From assembly GCF_006345805.1 (NCBI RefSeq), contig NC_042997.1:87234001-87298000 (forward strand): DNA of 64,000 nt. Direction: 5' to 3'. The translations under genes and the position numbers were made by a program. Positions 11,173 to 24,752 of this stretch are shown piece after piece. This DNA comes from Octopus sinensis. Its lineage: Eukaryota. How positions within the stretch are numbered: position 1 is the first letter of the stretch; each line of letters starts with the position of its first letter. A model generated the notes under the pieces. It was not told where the DNA came from, ran no database searches, and worked only from the letters and a program-made list of their open reading frames with translations.

Positions 11173-11223
11173 GGCAAGATTGTGGAATGTGTACTATGTG
11201 GTTGCCGGGGATGTTCTGGATGA
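11173..11223 (+). CDS. BUD31: BUD31 coding exon 4 (GKIVECVLCGCRGCSG*)
   Basis: caacacag acceptor; 51 nt; TGA at 11221-11223. Total CDS is 435 nt = 144 aa plus stop. Confidence 0.96.
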   Translation, partial: GKIVECVLCGCRGCSG

Positions 11224-13586
11224 TTCTATTTACAATTGAAAAATAACACAGTTTTAGTAGATGATCTAAATGTGACTGGACAACAGATTTCTCCATCCTT
11301 CTTAAATATATTTTCATCAACACATTTTTCAACTTAAACTTCAATGTCTTCATTGGATTTTGGCATTTTGTTATAAATTCTAAAACATTTTAAGGAATTT
11401 TTTATAAAACCAAAAGGATCAACTCATTATGTACGATTATGTATGCAAGAGGATAAAATTCTGTATCTTGAGATTGTCAATGTCTTACATCTAAAATTCA
11501 TGGGGTCTTTCTAAATTCTTGAATTTTCTTCTCTTCTAGCTCATACAATACATGATTTTTTTTTTCCCAAAGAAGCTGGTTGAAGTGCTCTTGGTTATAA
11601 TATTTAAATAAAGATAGTATTAGACTAGTAAATTCAATATCCACTAGCAAATATTTTATTTTAGTTTAAAATGTTCTTTCACTCTTAAGTTATTTTGTGA
11701 GCCAAAAAATTAGACTTGTCATGTATGGTAGAATTATAAGTTGAGAATATTAAAATTTTTACTTTGGTTATTTAATATCCAGATTGTAAAAAAAAACAGT
11801 GAAAATTTCTCAGTCAATATATGTTAGGTGCAAAATCATAATCTGCTGAATGAAAACAGTTATAAATCCTTCACTCTTTTTCTCCTGTCTGCTCATCTGG
11901 AAAGCTACATGATATTTACACACTTTTTACAACTTCAATGCCATTACAGTAGATGAAAAAAAAAAGATGACATTAAACTTGAATCCTAGATTGAAGGTAG
12001 CAAATCAGCAGAGTCACTAGAATGTTAGGTAGAATGTCTAGCAGTGTTCATTCCAAATCTCTGCACACTGAGTTCAAATCCTACTGAGGCCAACTTTGCA
12101 TTTCAAAGTTGATAAAAATGAACCAGTCTGGACAGTGCATTAGTGGATTGGTGAAACAGTTAGTTGTTGAGCAAGATACAGATCTTTTCTATTTGGCTGC
12201 CACTTTGCAATTTCTTCAATTTTTGGTCCAATTGATTTCATATTTGGTGTATTGCTCTAGTTTTGTAAAGGAATAATTGTCATGAAATTCATTTTCACCA
12301 TAAATCAATAAATAAAGAGTTAATAGCTTTTAAAGTTTGCAAACTTTGAGTAATTTTAGCCAGTCGAAAACCACAGATGTAATAGGTGCCTGTTTCCATA
12401 GTAACAAACCACACTGCTTACCATGTGTTCTTTTTGTCACTTATTAAATGCTTATAACACATATGGTATAAGGTGTGCTAAAAAGGCCTTAAATTACACA
12501 CTTTTTTTTTGGCAAGGTTGGGGTGGTTGCATAATCATATGAATTCCTGTGTGTAGAATACAAATTTGCAAAAATTCTCTGAAAATTCCAAAAAATAAAA
12601 ATGCTATGAGGGATTATATGATGTGTGTAAAGCAGAATTCCACCAATATTTTATTTGTTCACAGTTGACAATATGTGCAGTCATGCACACAATGACAGTC
12701 ACCAAATCCTGTTTTCTAACACGATAAAAATTATCAAACTTTAAACCTCTTTAGATTTAAAAAAAAAATTTCTGGAAAAAGTGAATTATCTCTTGAGATT
12801 CAGCATGGAAAATTACATCAATGGGCCAAATTATAAAATTTTTACTAAGCTTCAAAATTTCCACAGATCTTGTTTCAGCTGTTCACATTCTGACAGTAAT
12901 ACCTACAACAACACTGATCCCAAGCTGTATTGGCCCAAGTCTGTAACCTTTCACTTGGATAAACATTAGTATTGTGGAGCTGGTAAACCTGCATGCATTG
13001 ACAACTACCAATCTTCTTCCAGAAGTCTTGCCCAACTCTGTGCATACATGTACTGATGTATTGTTAACCCTTGCCAATGGAGGCCCTATTGTATATTTAT
13101 TCAGTATATTTTCACAATAAATCCTATCAGCTTTAGACTTTTGCCAAAGTTCATCTGCAGGTTATTAGAAGATAAATATCCTCTCCTTTTTTGTTAAGTC
13201 ACAGTTATGATCCCAGAAAAAAAATATTTAAAAATAGACATTCTGAAAGAGAATCAGAATGTTTTTTAAAGAGTTAGATATTCAAATAGATGAGAAACTT
13301 TCTATTCATCCAAGTTCCTAGTTAACAGGATAACCAAATCTTAGTAATCAGAACTAATGCCAGCAAAAAGTTTGCTTTTAGTTTTATGCACAATTTCAAC
13401 ACTGATAATATCATTGGTTTCCCTAAATTAAACACCAAATCTGGCTTTATTAAGTAAAACTGGTTGGTAATTTTCTGTGCTATTTTAGCATTATAATAAT
13501 TTGAATACAACAATATTGTAGGCACAAACTTACATCAGATATTAATTACAAGTGAAGTGTCAAATACAAGTTTCTTTGCTAGCCAC

Positions 13587-13798
13587 TTCATCCTTTCATT
13601 ACCAACCTAGCTGAAACCAGCTCTGTGTACAAATGTCTTGTTTTTCATAAGTTTTGAATTAAAATCTTTCACCAAACCTTAGTCACAATTTATGTTCCTA
13701 ACACTAGCTGAATGATATGTTATTTTACTAAATTGTTTGTTATATTTAAAGTAATTGAAGAAACAGAGCATCTCAAAATACTGTAAAGAAAGGGTTAA
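13587..13798. mobile_element. piggyBac-like MITE (degenerate)
   Basis: Right end aaagggttaa; left end is a decayed ttaaccctttc-like sequence. Confidence 0.5.
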
Positions 13799-16700
13799 TA
13801 GATCCTTATCAATAACTTTTTAAGTTATTTCCTATTTTTCATTCCTTCATGAGTACTAGATCACCACCAACAGTACATGAAATCTTGTTGGCCCTTGAGT
13901 CTTTTTTTGTAACTTTCTGCAGGTTAAAAATAATAAAGTATGTGTGTATGTATGAGAGAATGTGACAAATATAAGTAGATATACATAATACAAAAATATA
14001 CAAAATCTTGCTGTAAAAATAAGAACTAATGTAACCACATTTGCTTTTTATCTTCATCACAGAAGCTTTTAAAAACTAGGTGTATCTACATCATAGTTGT
14101 CTCTGTTACACTGTAACGTGATTTTTGCCCTTGGGTAGCAACTGTTATTACCTATTTTCTTACCCTTAGAAAGTATGAAAACTGCCTAATATTTCCTTCA
14201 AACTTTACTTTTGTTACATTTATTCAAACCCCAAGGAATCCTTCTCAACACATGGCTATGATACTCTCCCCACTACTCCTGTTCAGAGATGCACATATTG
14301 TCAGCCACTAAGGGACATGTTCAAGTGGTTATGGTCAAGCAACTGACAAGCAAATCGGTGGTAGTGAGCAGAATGTTTGCTATAACGATATTTCTGTTTC
14401 AGCAACTCAGTGCCGATCTGTTTGAAATGTAATGGAAAATAGGTCAGTTTCGAAACATTGATGTCTAAGTCACAAAAGCAAAGGTTGAAGGGAATAGTAA
14501 TAATTTCTTTTGATTTCTAGATAGAAGCAAATAGGAAATAACACTTACTGACCAAAAATAACAATTTTGTCACACTGTGTTATGTATATCATATATATTG
14601 CTCATGAAGTTTATCAAAGAACTTGCATTGCAGATTTGACTGCCAGAAACTTATCACTATTGTACAGAAGTGTAATATACAAATATATTAAATGTAAAAA
14701 TTTTCTTGATATGACTTTCTATTGTTTAACATGCATTTTGCTTCCTGGCTTAATTTGTTTCTTGTCATGAATTAAACAGAAAGTTTCAGAGAATACATAA
14801 AATCCACTCAGATTATTGATTTATTTTAGTAGCAGAAAGGTTTTATAACAGATTTATATATAAGTATTTATGACATGCACTTTTGCTAATTTTCCTACTT
14901 ATTCTTCATGCATACACATAATCACATATTAAAACACACACACAAATATCAATATATTCATGTATATCATAAACATCATCATTATTGTCATTTTAATGGC
15001 CACTTTTCCATGCTTGCATGGATCAGATGGAGTTAACTGAGGCAGAGTTTCTAGGGCCAGATGCTAACCTGCTTCCAAGTAAGGTAAATACTTTGACTTA
15101 TTTTCACTGAATATTGGAAATGAATTCCATTCATTTACATCAATCACTCAATATCAAGACAAGGAGAAAAAACACACACACACGTACACACAACAAGCTT
15201 CTTTCAGTTTCCACTCAACCAAAGATGTACACCCACATACAGCTAAATATATTCATAAAGGTGCATTCAGGTTGTGAGACAGGCACACTTGCATAATGTT
15301 TCCTCCAGATGTTCAGGTTGAGCATTCACTGCATCAGTCTTAGTGCTGTCTGGAAGGGACTGAAAATAGTCATAATGTTTCCTTTTCTGCTTAACTTATA
15401 AAATTATTCATATTTAAGAATTACATACACTCTCCTAAACACACACACACATGCTTGATAGTACATGTTCCTTTAGTAAGAATACAATGCATTCTTAAAT
15501 ATATACGTCACTGAAAAAGGCTTAAAGTTATGCATCCTCAAATAAAACTTGGAGTTTAAAAAGAAGTATGTTAAGCATTGTAAAAGAATAAAGGAATCAA
15601 AAGTAGAAATTAAAGACTTAAGTTTGAATAAATGGAAAATTTTTCATCCAAGCTCCTAATTCACAAGACAAGTTAGTTTTGAATTCAATCTGGTTCATAT
15701 TACAAAGTCGATTAAACACTTCAGAAATTAGGAGTATAGAAGAGTGGACTTGAATCATGATATGTAAGTGAATGTGCCTGTACTGGTTGTGGAGATGGAA
15801 GTCAAGATCTTGGTATTGTACATTCAGTTCAAATACAAGTACAGTATATTATTTATACTTCTTAATGAGTTTGGTACACTAGATCTATTGTGATAACTGT
15901 CACTTGTAAATCACAAACTATGAATTGTTCATGGTATGTTTGTAGATTTTTAGATTACATAATTTGTACTAGAGTTGTTATTTGATAGTGTACAAGAGAT
16001 GGGAGTAAAAAGCTTTAAGAACCAGCTCTCTTTTTGGCACAAAACTTTTATTTGCTATCTGAAAGACAGTATATAATAAGAAAATGTGTCATGATAGTAA
16101 AACAACAATATTAAATGCAAAGATCACATAGAAACTGATTGAATATTGTCCATTGGATGTACAGTGTTAACTTTCAACAAAACGATGCATAACTGAGTGG
16201 TCAGCACTGATTGAGAAGATCCATTATCAAAGATATTCATGTCATGACCGTCCATCAAGGTGTTTTTTTCTTTTTTTTTAAACAGTAGGATTTCATTTGC
16301 GAGAGAAGATTTGGCTGTTATTTTCATCAAGTTAAGCAAGTGAGCATCAGCAGTTTTAGCTGATACATGCAGGGAAGACAACCACATTGGTTTGGAATTA
16401 TTATACAAAAGAATACCTTTTGGGAGATGTAATTAGGATTGATTAAAGAATATTGAGTCTTATAAGTGATACAAGACAAATTCATTGCTGAACCTAACCT
16501 CATTCATGTATGGAAAATGGGTTGATATCACCCTACAAATATTCAAATTGAACATTATAACTATTTGAAACAAAATATGTATACTATAATATAGGTTTGG
16601 TAGAGCAAACAGGAAAAATAGAGGTAAATGCATGAGTATATATATTTTTATTTTTAATTGGTTGTAAGTTACATAAGTGACTCAAGAGCCAAGAGTTTTG

Positions 16701-16829
16701 TGTATAGTACTTACCTATACAGTATACTTTCTGGCTCACCCTTATACTATATTCTAAATACAGCTTGAATCATAGGTCATTCAGTCCTTGTCTGGAAATC
16801 ACAACTCTTTAGACAATGCCAAGAAGCAT

Positions 16830-18060
16830 TAATGCTACCAGAAAATGTACTGGTTCTTTTCACACTTACGTCTTCTACATATTTTTGTCATCCCTGCAGT
16901 CACCATACCAAAACAAGAACTGTAAGTCCAGTGGAAATAACTATAAACCCACAATATCCTGTCTACTCAGGAAATGCTGTGCTCTGTTGTCATCACATCC
17001 CACACATACATTTTATGTGTTGTCCCTGTCTATCCTGGTTTTTAAAAATGGGAATAACTTACTCCCAGTGAATTACTGTCTGATCTCACTAAACTTTAAT
17101 ATTTTTGAAGTATTTGAGAGGCGGGTGAATTTTAAAATAACTGCCCTCCTAGGGAAAAATCATTTTGTTTTTGTGGTGACTGAGACTGCCTAACACAGTT
17201 TCTGCACCACTTTGATGATATTCTAAATGTTCTGGGTGAAGGCTCCAATAAAGATGTCATTTAATTTGACTTCAGTAAAGCTTTTGACAGAATCCATCAC
17301 AGCATTCTGCTGAAGAAATTATTGAATATTGGAGTCCATGGTAAGCTACCACATTGGATTAAGTGTTTTTTGACTAGCAGAATCCAGCATATTGTGATTA
17401 GCAGTATTTAATCAAGACCATTTTAAGTCATTAGTAATATCCCCCAGGGTACTGCATTGAGCCCACTTACATTTATAGTTTTTACATAAATGACATTGCA
17501 AATGTCATCAAACATATTAAAAAAAAAAAATATTTGCAGATGACTTTAAACTCCAAAACGTCATCAAGACTGAACAGAATTCCAATGCAATCTCTGCATA
17601 GTGATTTGAGGGGTGGAAAAAACAAAACAAAAAAAAGCATGCTTCTAAATGAGGGAAGTTTTGAGCTCATTCACTTTGTAAAACAGAATATACTTAAACA
17701 ACCATACTATCTTCCCTTGAGACAACGTCTCAGATAATATCAGAGATGTAACTGTGGAAAACAACCTAAGCTGGATTGCACGCATTAGCAATAAAGTCAA
17801 TATGGCTTGCAGAATGTCTCCAAGAATCCTTGGAACTTTCCAGTCCAGAGATGCTGATACCATCATGCTTTACTTCTCTATATTTTCAGGCCTCACCTTG
17901 AATACTGTTGCCTTCAACAGTTTCCCTGCACAAAACAAATCATTATGAGAATTGAAGCATCTCAGAGATCAACCAGAAAAAAGTATGAATGGCATGACAG
18001 GCCTTGATTATCAGAGTCATCTTGAAAAGCTCGAACTTTATTGTCTCCAAGGCCATGGTA
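16830..18060 (+). mobile_element. Decayed CR1/L2-type LINE reverse transcriptase
   Basis: PYQNKNCKSSGNNYKPTIS, DVI*FDFSKAFDRIHHSILLKKL, IPQGTALSPL and IFADDFKL motifs with many lesions. Confidence 0.8.
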
Positions 18061-18279
18061 AGTTCTGCATCATTTGCATATTATGGCACTCACTTTTTGA
18101 CCTTCTGGGGGTCCAAGAGAGGGTGCCACTGAGCCGATAATTGTGTATTTACACTTTTACAAAAAAATTAGAATTTTTTTCTCTGCAATAAACTGCAGAG
18201 AAATTGCCCTTAAAAGTTAAAATATGTCACAAACATATTTGAGCAAAACTAACAAACACACATACACATATATATATAA

Positions 18280-18600
18280 AGGCCCCCTTTGGTCATGAAT
18301 GACCATGGGATTGCACCTAGAGAGTTACCCTCTGAGGCACAAGTCCAGGCAAGGTTGTTTATGGAAGACCAGCAGTCACCCATGCATACCCCCCCCTTCT
18401 CCATGCTACCAATGTTATCCAAGAGAATGGTGAAGGCTGATACAGCTTGGCACCAGTGACGTCATGACTCATTTCTACAGGTGAGTGAACTGGTGCAACA
18501 TGAAATAAAGTGTCTTTCTCAAGAATACAGCTCACAGCCTGTCCAGGAATCAAACTCACTACCTCATGATTGTGAGCTTAACCACTGTGCCATGTACCTT
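18280..18600 (-). mobile_element. tRNA-derived SINE, family C
   Basis: Reverse complement of the copy at 54565-54890 (ggtcatgaatgaccatgggattgcacctag...tgtctttctcaagaatacag). Confidence 0.75.
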
Positions 18601-21019
18601 CATATATATATATATATATGTACTTGATTTTTAATGTACAAAATTTTTGTATTTTTTTTTATTCCAGAGAAACTTGAAATTATAGAGCTAGTGGACAAGA
18701 AATGTCAAAATAAAACAAATGCTAAAAATAGCATGCCAAAATAATATTACACAACAGTAAATAAGAACAATAGCTGAACACAAAAGAATAAATCAACTTC
18801 AGTATTTACAAAATGAGCATTAACTGAAAGAAAAACAGTTCTCAGCAATGTGAAACTTGAGTTGTGAGAAAAGGAAATTAATTCTAAATGAATAATATCC
18901 TCTATAACCTGTAATGAGTCACTGTCTAGCAAGAGCTAAAAGGTTGTTAAGAGAACAGTGCTTTAAATATAAGCTGTTTTTCAATTTAGCAAACTCAAGG
19001 ACCATGTCGGTTGGCACAAACTCTAGCTGTGACATTGTACCGAGGAGTAGCTATTTTCCTGTTCTTCACTAGAATTTTTGTAACAGATTCTGACTCCAAA
19101 TTTTCAGTCCACTCACAGTAAAATCATGGTATTGTCACCAACTTGTGTTTGTAATATTTAGATTTTTATCTACCTTAGAAACAAGCAAGTTGCTTTCTTT
19201 AGTACCTTCCAGCTTTTCTCAATAAGTCAGAAGTGTTAACTTGATTCTTCTTGGCTTTATTCTCATTACTCATTCTGTTAGCTTCAAATATAAAAACAGA
19301 TAGTGAGAGGTCAGTTAGAGAGTTGCTACCTACATTTGGACTGAGATGCACATCCGTACATGAGAGCAAACTATCTAGCTCTAGGCTATCATGTGTATGG
19401 CTAATAGTGGCAGGCAATAAAATCACCACTATGACAACTGAGTTCTCTTGTTAGGTAACAATCTGGTCGATCTGTCACATGCACATACTATAAACATTTG
19501 TTGTAACTGTTCTTCAGTCAAGTATTTCAACATATGCTGCTAAACATACTCTAAACTTTCAAACTGAAGTTTTGTTTGGCAAATGGTAATAATAACCAAT
19601 AATGGTTCAGGAAATATATAAAAAAATAATGTAATGTCTGGAAATAAATATGTTTTATATAACAGAATTGTTAATTTCTTTTACACTGAACTTCATTTTC
19701 ACCAGCCTCTGCTCAACAACAGGTGACACCCACAGAAAGTTGATATTATATCAAGTTCCAATTATTCCCATGCAAAAAAGGGGTTATGTAAGCACAGCCA
19801 GAGATGGAAAAGGACCCCAGTGTATGCAACAGAGGTTAGAGAAGATTCCAAAGCATATAGACAAACACAGAAGACTTGTTGCTATTTGACCTGAGCTTAA
19901 AAGAATTGCTTAGTCATCACTGCACTTTTCCAAGCATGTACCACGAACATAATACCCTTACCTCTTGCCATACAAATAAGTAGCCAACCAATTCTTGGTC
20001 AAAACAAATCAAAGGTGAACTTAGAATGCTTGGAGAACAAGCCTTTTAAATAGATAAGTTTCCTTGGTTTCAGTTTAGCCCTGGGTAAAAAGAATCTTCG
20101 ACTATGATGGACCGAGCATCATTCTCATCTCTCATGCAAAGTTAATCTTTTCTGTTATGAATGTAACTATGAACTACATTTGCTTCTAGCACATTACTGT
20201 ACGCTACTGGCAAGCAACTATGTAAAAATGTAAATATCATAATATACTTCTGTAAAACTAAATCTTATTTAGACAACTTTGGATTTGGTATTATTTGGGG
20301 ACAACATGCAGCCTAACATCATACCAGCATATCTAGACCCATTTAAACAAAAGTCACAATGGTGACCCACAACATTCAACTTATACAAACCATTTCTTCA
20401 ATGACAACACTCAACCAACAATCTTTCATAGGATCTTTGTCTTGCAAAGTGCATGATGACAACCTCACTATTGCTGGTGCCATGAAAAAAGCACCCAGTA
20501 CACACTATAAAGTAGTTGGCATTAAGAAGGTCATCTAGCCATTGAAAACATGCCAATGCAGACTTTGGAGCCTGATACAGACTTCAGACCCATTGGATCC
20601 TGTCAAATCATAACCATCCAACCCATACCAGCATGGTACATTGACATCAGAGAATGATGATCACAATGCTATATGTATGCATGTGTGCATATAACAAATG
20701 CAAAAACTAATTTCTGTGTGTCAGTGTATCACACTTAGACCCCTCCCCCATTTCACTATCAATGACCCTCATATTATTCCTCATGGTGAGGTGAGAGTAA
20801 TAGTAGGCATAGAGATGGTGAAGGTGGTGATGAAGACAGTGCGAGAGAGAGAAAGAGAGATAAAGAAATTTAGGGAGAGTTGATGATGTTTTATTAAAAG
20901 TAGTTGTACTTATGGTGGAAGAGGGAATAACGATAAAGAGAGAGAAAGAGGGGCTGAACACTGAAGTAACATGCTGAATAGCATACTGAACAAATACACA
21001 TCGCACCCAACCTACTAAA

Positions 21020-23270
21020 ACACATGACCATGTCGACAAAAATCGAACTACTCACCATTCTCAACAGTAGTTGGATGGAGAGATGGTGCCCTCAGTCATG
21101 GCGAACAGCAACCGTCATTCACTTCCTCAAAAAAGGGGAAAGATCCCGCAGACGTACGGAGTTATTGACCAATCGCCCTAACCTCAACTGTGGGGAAACT
21201 TCTTGAAAGAATGATCACTAACCGGCTTGCCTGGTGGCTTGAAGAAGACGCAATCCTCAGTCCCTGGCAGGCTGGCTTCCGGAAAGGTCGCAGTACAACA
21301 GATCAGTGCTTTCGATTGTCCCAATTCATCACAGACGGGTTCCAATCGTCGCAGTGCCTTCGCACCACTGCTACATTCTTTGATTTCAGCAAGGCGTATG
21401 ATCGTGTCTGGAGAACCGGACTACTGCAGAATATGCTGAGGTTAGGTGTTCTCCTACATTTCGTCGACTGGCTCTTGACTTGGTTTACCAACTGTACGGC
21501 CAAAGTTCGCATCAATACCACTACCAGTACAAGTCAAGTCTTGAAAGAGGGCCTACTGCAAGGTGCAGTCCTCTACCCACACTTTCTACCATCTACATCA
21601 ATAGTCTCCTTGACCAATCCGATTAAAATACCCACGTCAGTACCTATGCAGATGACTTGGCGATCACATGCAGGGGTAAAAAGAAAGAAGACGTCGCAGT
21701 TGCTCTACAGAAAGAAGTAGACAAGTTGGCCTTGTGGAGTCAAAATGCAAGATTAACGTTAAACACTTCTAAGTGCGAGATCAGCTTCTTCAGCATAGAC
21801 AGCGCGAAATCAAAGGGGAAACCGATAATCAACATCAACGGAACACCCCTAGCCCACAATCCTAACCCTAAATTCCTTGAGGTCACCTACGACCGACAAC
21901 TCATCTTCGGCGAGCATGTCAATAACATCTGTCGTACGATGCAGGGGCGAAATAATCTGCTCCGTGCCCTATCCGGCATAAGGCAGATCTCCATCAGGTC
22001 TACATTGCAACTCAATGTAGCCTAGCAAAATATGCAGCGCCAAACTTGAGAGAATGCAACTAGAGGTAGCTAGACTGATCACCAAACAAATACACTCGAC
22101 TCCTACCGAAGCAGTCCTTGCAGAAGCCCAGTTACCAACACTTGCATCTCGCTTTTCTACCCTCTCACTCCTCAAAGCAGATGCATGGGCAAACCTACCA
22201 CAAGACGATGAGAGTTATAAAGTTCTGAACACCTACACCCACAAACGACTCAAGTGGACAGACTGGATAAGTCAACAACTCCCAGCCTTAGCACAACTGA
22301 ACATTGTCTCCCCGTCCTCCCTCTCCAACGGAAGGTGTCCAACGCCGCCATGGGAAAATCCCACTTCCCTTACTGCCGTCTACACTCCCGCCACGAAGCA
22401 GATGCCTGTTGATGTACAACTGCTGACAGCTCAACAAACACTTGCCAGCCTACCCAATTCCCCTGACGTACTCCTTTATACTGATGGCTCGACTAGTGAA
22501 GGCACAACCAACGGCAGTGCCGATGTGGTGGTGCTGATACACAATGCGGTGGTCCATGAGTGGCATGCCCCGACTGGTGCTCACAGCAGCTCATTCACAC
22601 TGAGATAGCAGCATTTAACGAAGCCCTCCGATGGCTACAAGCCAATAACAACTGGGCCTCAGCAGCTATAGTCTGCCATTGCAAATCATTGGTTGAAGAC
22701 AACCCGTTCCCCACAGAACCGACAATTAGAGAATTGCAACAAACAACTGCCCTAGTAGCAGCTGGCAAGATTTTGATGGTGATCTGGGTGCCGGGCCATT
22801 GCAACCTACGCGGCAATGAACTTGCAGATATGCAGGCGAAACGTGGATCGGCATTGCTACAACCGGATGCCGCCATCGATACAGCCATTTGTCAGGCGGT
22901 TATTCGTCGAACATTCCAGCCAATGCCAATTCAACACCCCCGTCTGAAGGAAGTCTTCACGAAGAAGCCGGATGAAAGAACCAAAGCAGCCCTCTCGAAG
23001 GCAAACTGCAGAGACATGATACGCTTCTGTTGTGGTCATCATCCGGTACTCAGGTGGTGGCAAAAGATGGCAGGTCACAGCGATGCAGATCAATGCAGAC
23101 TCTGTAACAAGGAGGTAGAATCTGCAGAAAGATCTCTGGCCCTGATGGTGGAACGATATATCCACCAACTAGGGGCTACAATGGTTGAGATGATTCGTCT
23201 CCCTTCCGCGGCTCTAGCGTTTCTGAGAGTTATCCTCAGGCGCTTGAGGTGACCACCAACAACAACAACA
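21020..23270 (+). mobile_element. 5'-truncated I-group non-LTR retrotransposon (RT plus RNase H plus degenerate C-terminal Zn knuckle) with a (CAA)n tail
   Basis: QAGFRKGRSTTDQ and FFDFSKAYDRVW RT motifs; YADD in a shifted frame; RNase H motifs LYTDGS, EIAAFNEAL and WVPGHCNLRGNELAD; CRLCNKEVES. TGA at 23250-23252 is followed by caacaacaacaa. Several frameshifts split it into five ORFs. Confidence 0.9.
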
Positions 23271-23606
23271 GTACCAGACGCATTTCACTGCTGAAAAACA
23301 TTCCAGGGCATTTACCATGCATTTCTTTGATCGTTCATTTCCTTTCCCGGAACCTTACTGGCGAGGGGAGTGATGTGGATCTTGCATGCATGGAGTGGAT
23401 TCAATCCACCATAGCCAAATTTAAATTAACACTGCAACAGAACTTTTCCCATGGTGGAACAATGGTTTTTTTTCTGACAGCAGTTTTACATTTTCCAGAA
23501 GCCTTTAGCTAGGCCGAAATAATGTCTTCACCACTTGGCCCTTTCTAACCTCTTCTACTTCACCAAAAGCTAGAATAGAGATAACAAGACCAACAACTAA
23601 ATCTAT

Positions 23607-24024
23607 TGTTCTCAATGATACCTCTATCCTTCTGGATAGTTATAAAAGCAAAAACCAAGTAGTTACTTGGCGACAACTGAGCGAAGCAGCTCGTGACGAC
23701 TCAATTAGTTAGGGAACGGACTGCTAGAATCATGATCACAAGGAATGCCTCTACTAAAGATAATGGTCAGCGAGAGAAATGAAATTTACTGTCAGCAACT
23801 GGGAGACAACACCTTACAACTCTCACTAGCTCTAATTCTGTTCTCTTACAACATTCTATCTCTCTCCACAATTACTACTAAACAATGAAGAGAACATAAA
23901 CAAACTTTACTTCGCATGCTTTTGGACTTATCATAACCTGCTCGCCGAGGCAAGGTATTGTAACGTAACGGTAAATAAATACTTTCTTAAAACTTCATGC
24001 ATTGTTCATCTTTCACATCCTACA
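23607..24024 (+). mobile_element. Possible solo LTR
   Basis: TGT...ACA termini, AATAAA at 23974-23979 about 45 nt from the end, and flanks ctat/gtat (imperfect 4-bp TSD). Confidence 0.3.
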
Positions 24025-24269
24025 GTATGCAATTATAACAACAAATCTTTATCGTTACAACTGTTGACTCTGACATTTCATAATATTGTGTACCTAATCA
24101 ATCTTACCCATTACAATTAGTAACTACACCAAAATAAACTTAATCCTTAAAACTGGTGACCATCGACTACAGCTAAAAACTTTATCGTTACAAATACTTA
24201 TTGTAACATATGTAAATATATATAACTAGAAATATAATATTAATAGTTTCCCCATTCCTAACTTTATAT

Positions 24270-24440
24270 TGGTTTCAAATTTCAAGGGGAGGGTAAACCA
24301 ATTACATTCACCCAGCGCTCATTTGGTACTTATTTTATCGAATCTGAGAGGATTAAAGGCAAAGTCGACCTCGGCGGATCGTAAAGACGGACGAAATGCT
24401 GCTATGTATTTTACCCGGCGTATTCTCAACTTTGTATTAA
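24270..24440 (-). mobile_element. tRNA-derived SINE, family B
   Basis: aaaggcaaagtcgacctcggcgga...gacggacgaaatgctgc matches the copies at 51939 and 58250. Confidence 0.7.
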
Positions 24441-24695
24441 CATTGCGTTTGTCTCTGCGTTTACTGAAAAGCTAGCCAATAGTTGGGCGACACGTATATA
24501 ATTTAACAAGTTGCATGCCCTCTCGAATTTGTTTACAGCTGTTATGTATTTTTAGTAAATATTTGCATATTTATTATTCTACTTTAATAAACATTTTGAG
24601 CACATGAAAATTTTGGTAATGATTCCTCTTCTAGAACTTCCTTTTTATTTATTTATATATATATCAACAGTTGTATATCGATTTGTATTTGTAAA

Positions 24696-24752
24696 ACGTG
24701 GCTTTTCAAAGGTCTGAAACCACGTGGTTTGTTGACGTCTGAAGTGTTACGT
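24696..24752. promoter_or_regulatory. Cluster of four ACGT-core sites upstream of DERL1 (candidate UPR/bZIP/E-box element)
   Basis: ACGTGG at 24696; perfect palindrome aaaccacgtggttt at 24717-24730; TGACGTC at 24733-24739; ttACGTta with its core at 24749; ~500 bp upstream of the DERL1 ATG. Confidence 0.4.

Noticed and set aside
13290-15690. Weak similarity between ~13290-13340 and ~15640-15690 (ttcatccaag.tccta.tt.aca.ga.aa)
   Set aside because: Too short and AT-rich to separate an old repeat from chance without an alignment statistic.
16124-16408. 94-aa minus-strand ORF, plus a plus-strand exon-like unit at 16286-16339
   Set aside because: No recognisable domain, no ATG context and no phase-compatible partner exons.
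21861-21872. Telomere-like cctaacccta
   Set aside because: Fewer than two units, and part of the LINE coding sequence (NPNPK); not an interstitial telomere array.
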